Shown here: piece after piece, positions 62,998 to 64,000 of the stretch
How positions within the stretch are numbered: position 1 is the stretch's first letter
Layout: each line of letters opens with the position of its first letter
Source: Candidatus Calditenuaceae archaeon HR02
GTDB taxonomy: Archaea > Thermoproteota > Nitrososphaeria_A > Caldarchaeales > Calditenuaceae
DNA: 64,000 nucleotides
Reading direction: 5' to 3'
Assembly (NCBI GenBank): GCA_002898395.1
Contig: BEHE01000008.1
Span: 20,640 to 84,639 of the forward strand
Translations under genes and position numbers: made by a program
Notes under the pieces: model-generated
Database searches by the model: none
The model's input: the letters and a program-made list of their open reading frames with translations, nothing else
What the model was told of the DNA's origin: nothing

Positions 62998-63360
62998 TTG
63001 GGTTACGTTCGCGTAAAGTGCATGGTTAGAAACCCAGAGGATAATGTTTGCGAGGAGATTGAAATGCTAGCTGATACAGGTTCGTGGTACGTGGCTCTTC
63101 CAAGAATCGTTGCCAATAAGCTAAGACTCCGTATAATAGGCAAGGAGAGAGTCACGCTAGCAGATAGTAAGGAGATCGAAGTAGAGCTGGCACCAATATA
63201 CATAGAGGTTCTGGGGAGGGGGACCCACACTCTGGCAGCAATAATAGATGCTCCGGAACCATTACTGGGAACGTCTGTTATGGAGGTACTAGGATTAGTA
63301 GTAGATCCGAAGAGCGGCGAAATGAAAAAGAGAGGCCCAAGAGCGTCTTATATGCTCTAA
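62998..63360 (+). CDS. Clan AA (retropepsin-like) aspartic protease
   Basis: TTG start (MGYVRV), LADTGS, TLAD, PLLG..LGLVVDP. Confidence 0.87.
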   Translation: MGYVRVKCMVRNPEDNVCEEIEMLADTGSWYVALPRIVANKLRLRIIGKERVTLADSKEIEVELAPIYIEVLGRGTHTLAAIIDAPEPLLGTSVMEVLGLVVDPKSGEMKKRGPRASYML

Positions 63361-63369
63361 GCGGGGCGC

Positions 63370-63485
63370 TGATGCGATGTTGAGGTGGCTTTATTCTAAG
63401 GGCTGTTCAGGGCATGTTATGAGCGGCTTGGTATGTGGTTTGGATGTTCATAAGAGCTGTTGCGAAGCTGCGGTGGCTGAGGTGT
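63370..63485 (+). mobile_element. Second IS110-family left end, 22 codons of transposase
   Basis: TGATGCGATGT..GCATGTTATGAGCGG, MSGLVCGLDVHK; homologous to 57676-57790. Confidence 0.75.
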
Positions 63486-63895
63486 CTTTCAACTCTCTTT
63501 GCGAGATTCAGCGAAGCGGGGCCGCAGGCTGTAGGACATGCGCCAAGGCCTTTCAACTCTCTTTGCGAGATTCGTAATGACTGCTAGGACTGGGGCATTT
63601 GCATATGCAAAGTACTTTCAACTCTCTTTGCGAGATTCGCTCAAACACTTTTCACACACGTATCGGCCCCCTCTCAGGCTTTCAACTCTCTTTGCGAGAT
63701 TCCATACTATACTCGACCCGAAATGACGGGAACAAAAAATTCGGGAACTTTCAACTCTCTTTGCGAGATTCAATAATGGACGAGCGGATTATAAAGGTCA
63801 AGCAGCTGTTACTTTCAACTCTCTTTGCGAGATTCTTGGATATGGATGGTCTCGCAAGCTGGGGTCTTTAGCTTTCAACTCTCTTTGCGAGATTC
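63486..63895 (-). CRISPR. CRISPR array, 7 identical 24-bp repeats and 6 spacers
   Basis: CTTTCAACTCTCTTTGCGAGATTC at 63486, 63550, 63615, 63679, 63748, 63812, 63872; spacers 40, 41, 40, 45, 40, 36 bp; the reverse complement ends GTTGAAAG, giving the orientation. Confidence 0.97.
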
Positions 63896-64000
63896 TGCAG
63901 GCGGCAGGCGAGGCGACAGTGGAGGGGCCGCACCCGAAGAGGGCGTTGAGGGACGTTCTGGAGCTCGCGGCCCAGGTCCTGGAGGAGAGGGCGCAGGCGG

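Noticed and set aside
63574-63747. Palindrome TTTGCATATGCAAA in spacer 2 and CCCGAA/TTCGGG in spacer 4
   Set aside because: Single occurrences inside unique spacers; I saw no spacer match elsewhere in the window by eye.
63377-63871. ORFs with repeated FQLSLRDS / LSTLFARF / FNSLCEI peptides
   Set aside because: Translations of CRISPR repeats; only the first 22 codons from 63419 are a real (IS110) fragment.

Overview
Archaeal chromosomal window. RadA, TiaS, Pcc1, EgsA, CDC48, an ESCRT-III/CdvB protein, heme O synthase and TATA promoters point to an aerobic thermophilic TACK archaeon, most like Aigarchaeota/Caldarchaeales (inference). About 1-35.4 kb is dense, intact core and metabolic sequence. 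About 35.5-64 kb is a mosaic accessory island with three parts. (i) A thiol/heavy-metal module: a GC-rich CoA-disulfide reductase, merA preceded by an unannotated 39-aa MCECCCGG micro-ORF, three unknown proteins that share a Met-rich 19-residue helical repeat, a Cys-rich HxlR regulator, and a membrane-redoxin-membrane triad. Four promoters in this module carry the same upstream motif (TWGTDRCTAT-N8-AWAGT) at an essentially fixed distance from the TATA box. This co-regulated set is my best candidate for an undescribed system. (ii) An Acidianus-type CS2 hydrolase. (iii) A decaying defence region: about seven toxin-antitoxin-like pairs, a truncated DUF1156 methylase, a trypsin-like protease with a stand-alone pro-domain partner between IS6 ends, IS6/IS110 debris, and a 7-repeat CRISPR array with no visible leader, fused to an IS110 fragment. 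No tRNA, rRNA or cas genes were seen. All calls come from reading motifs by eye; no database search was run.
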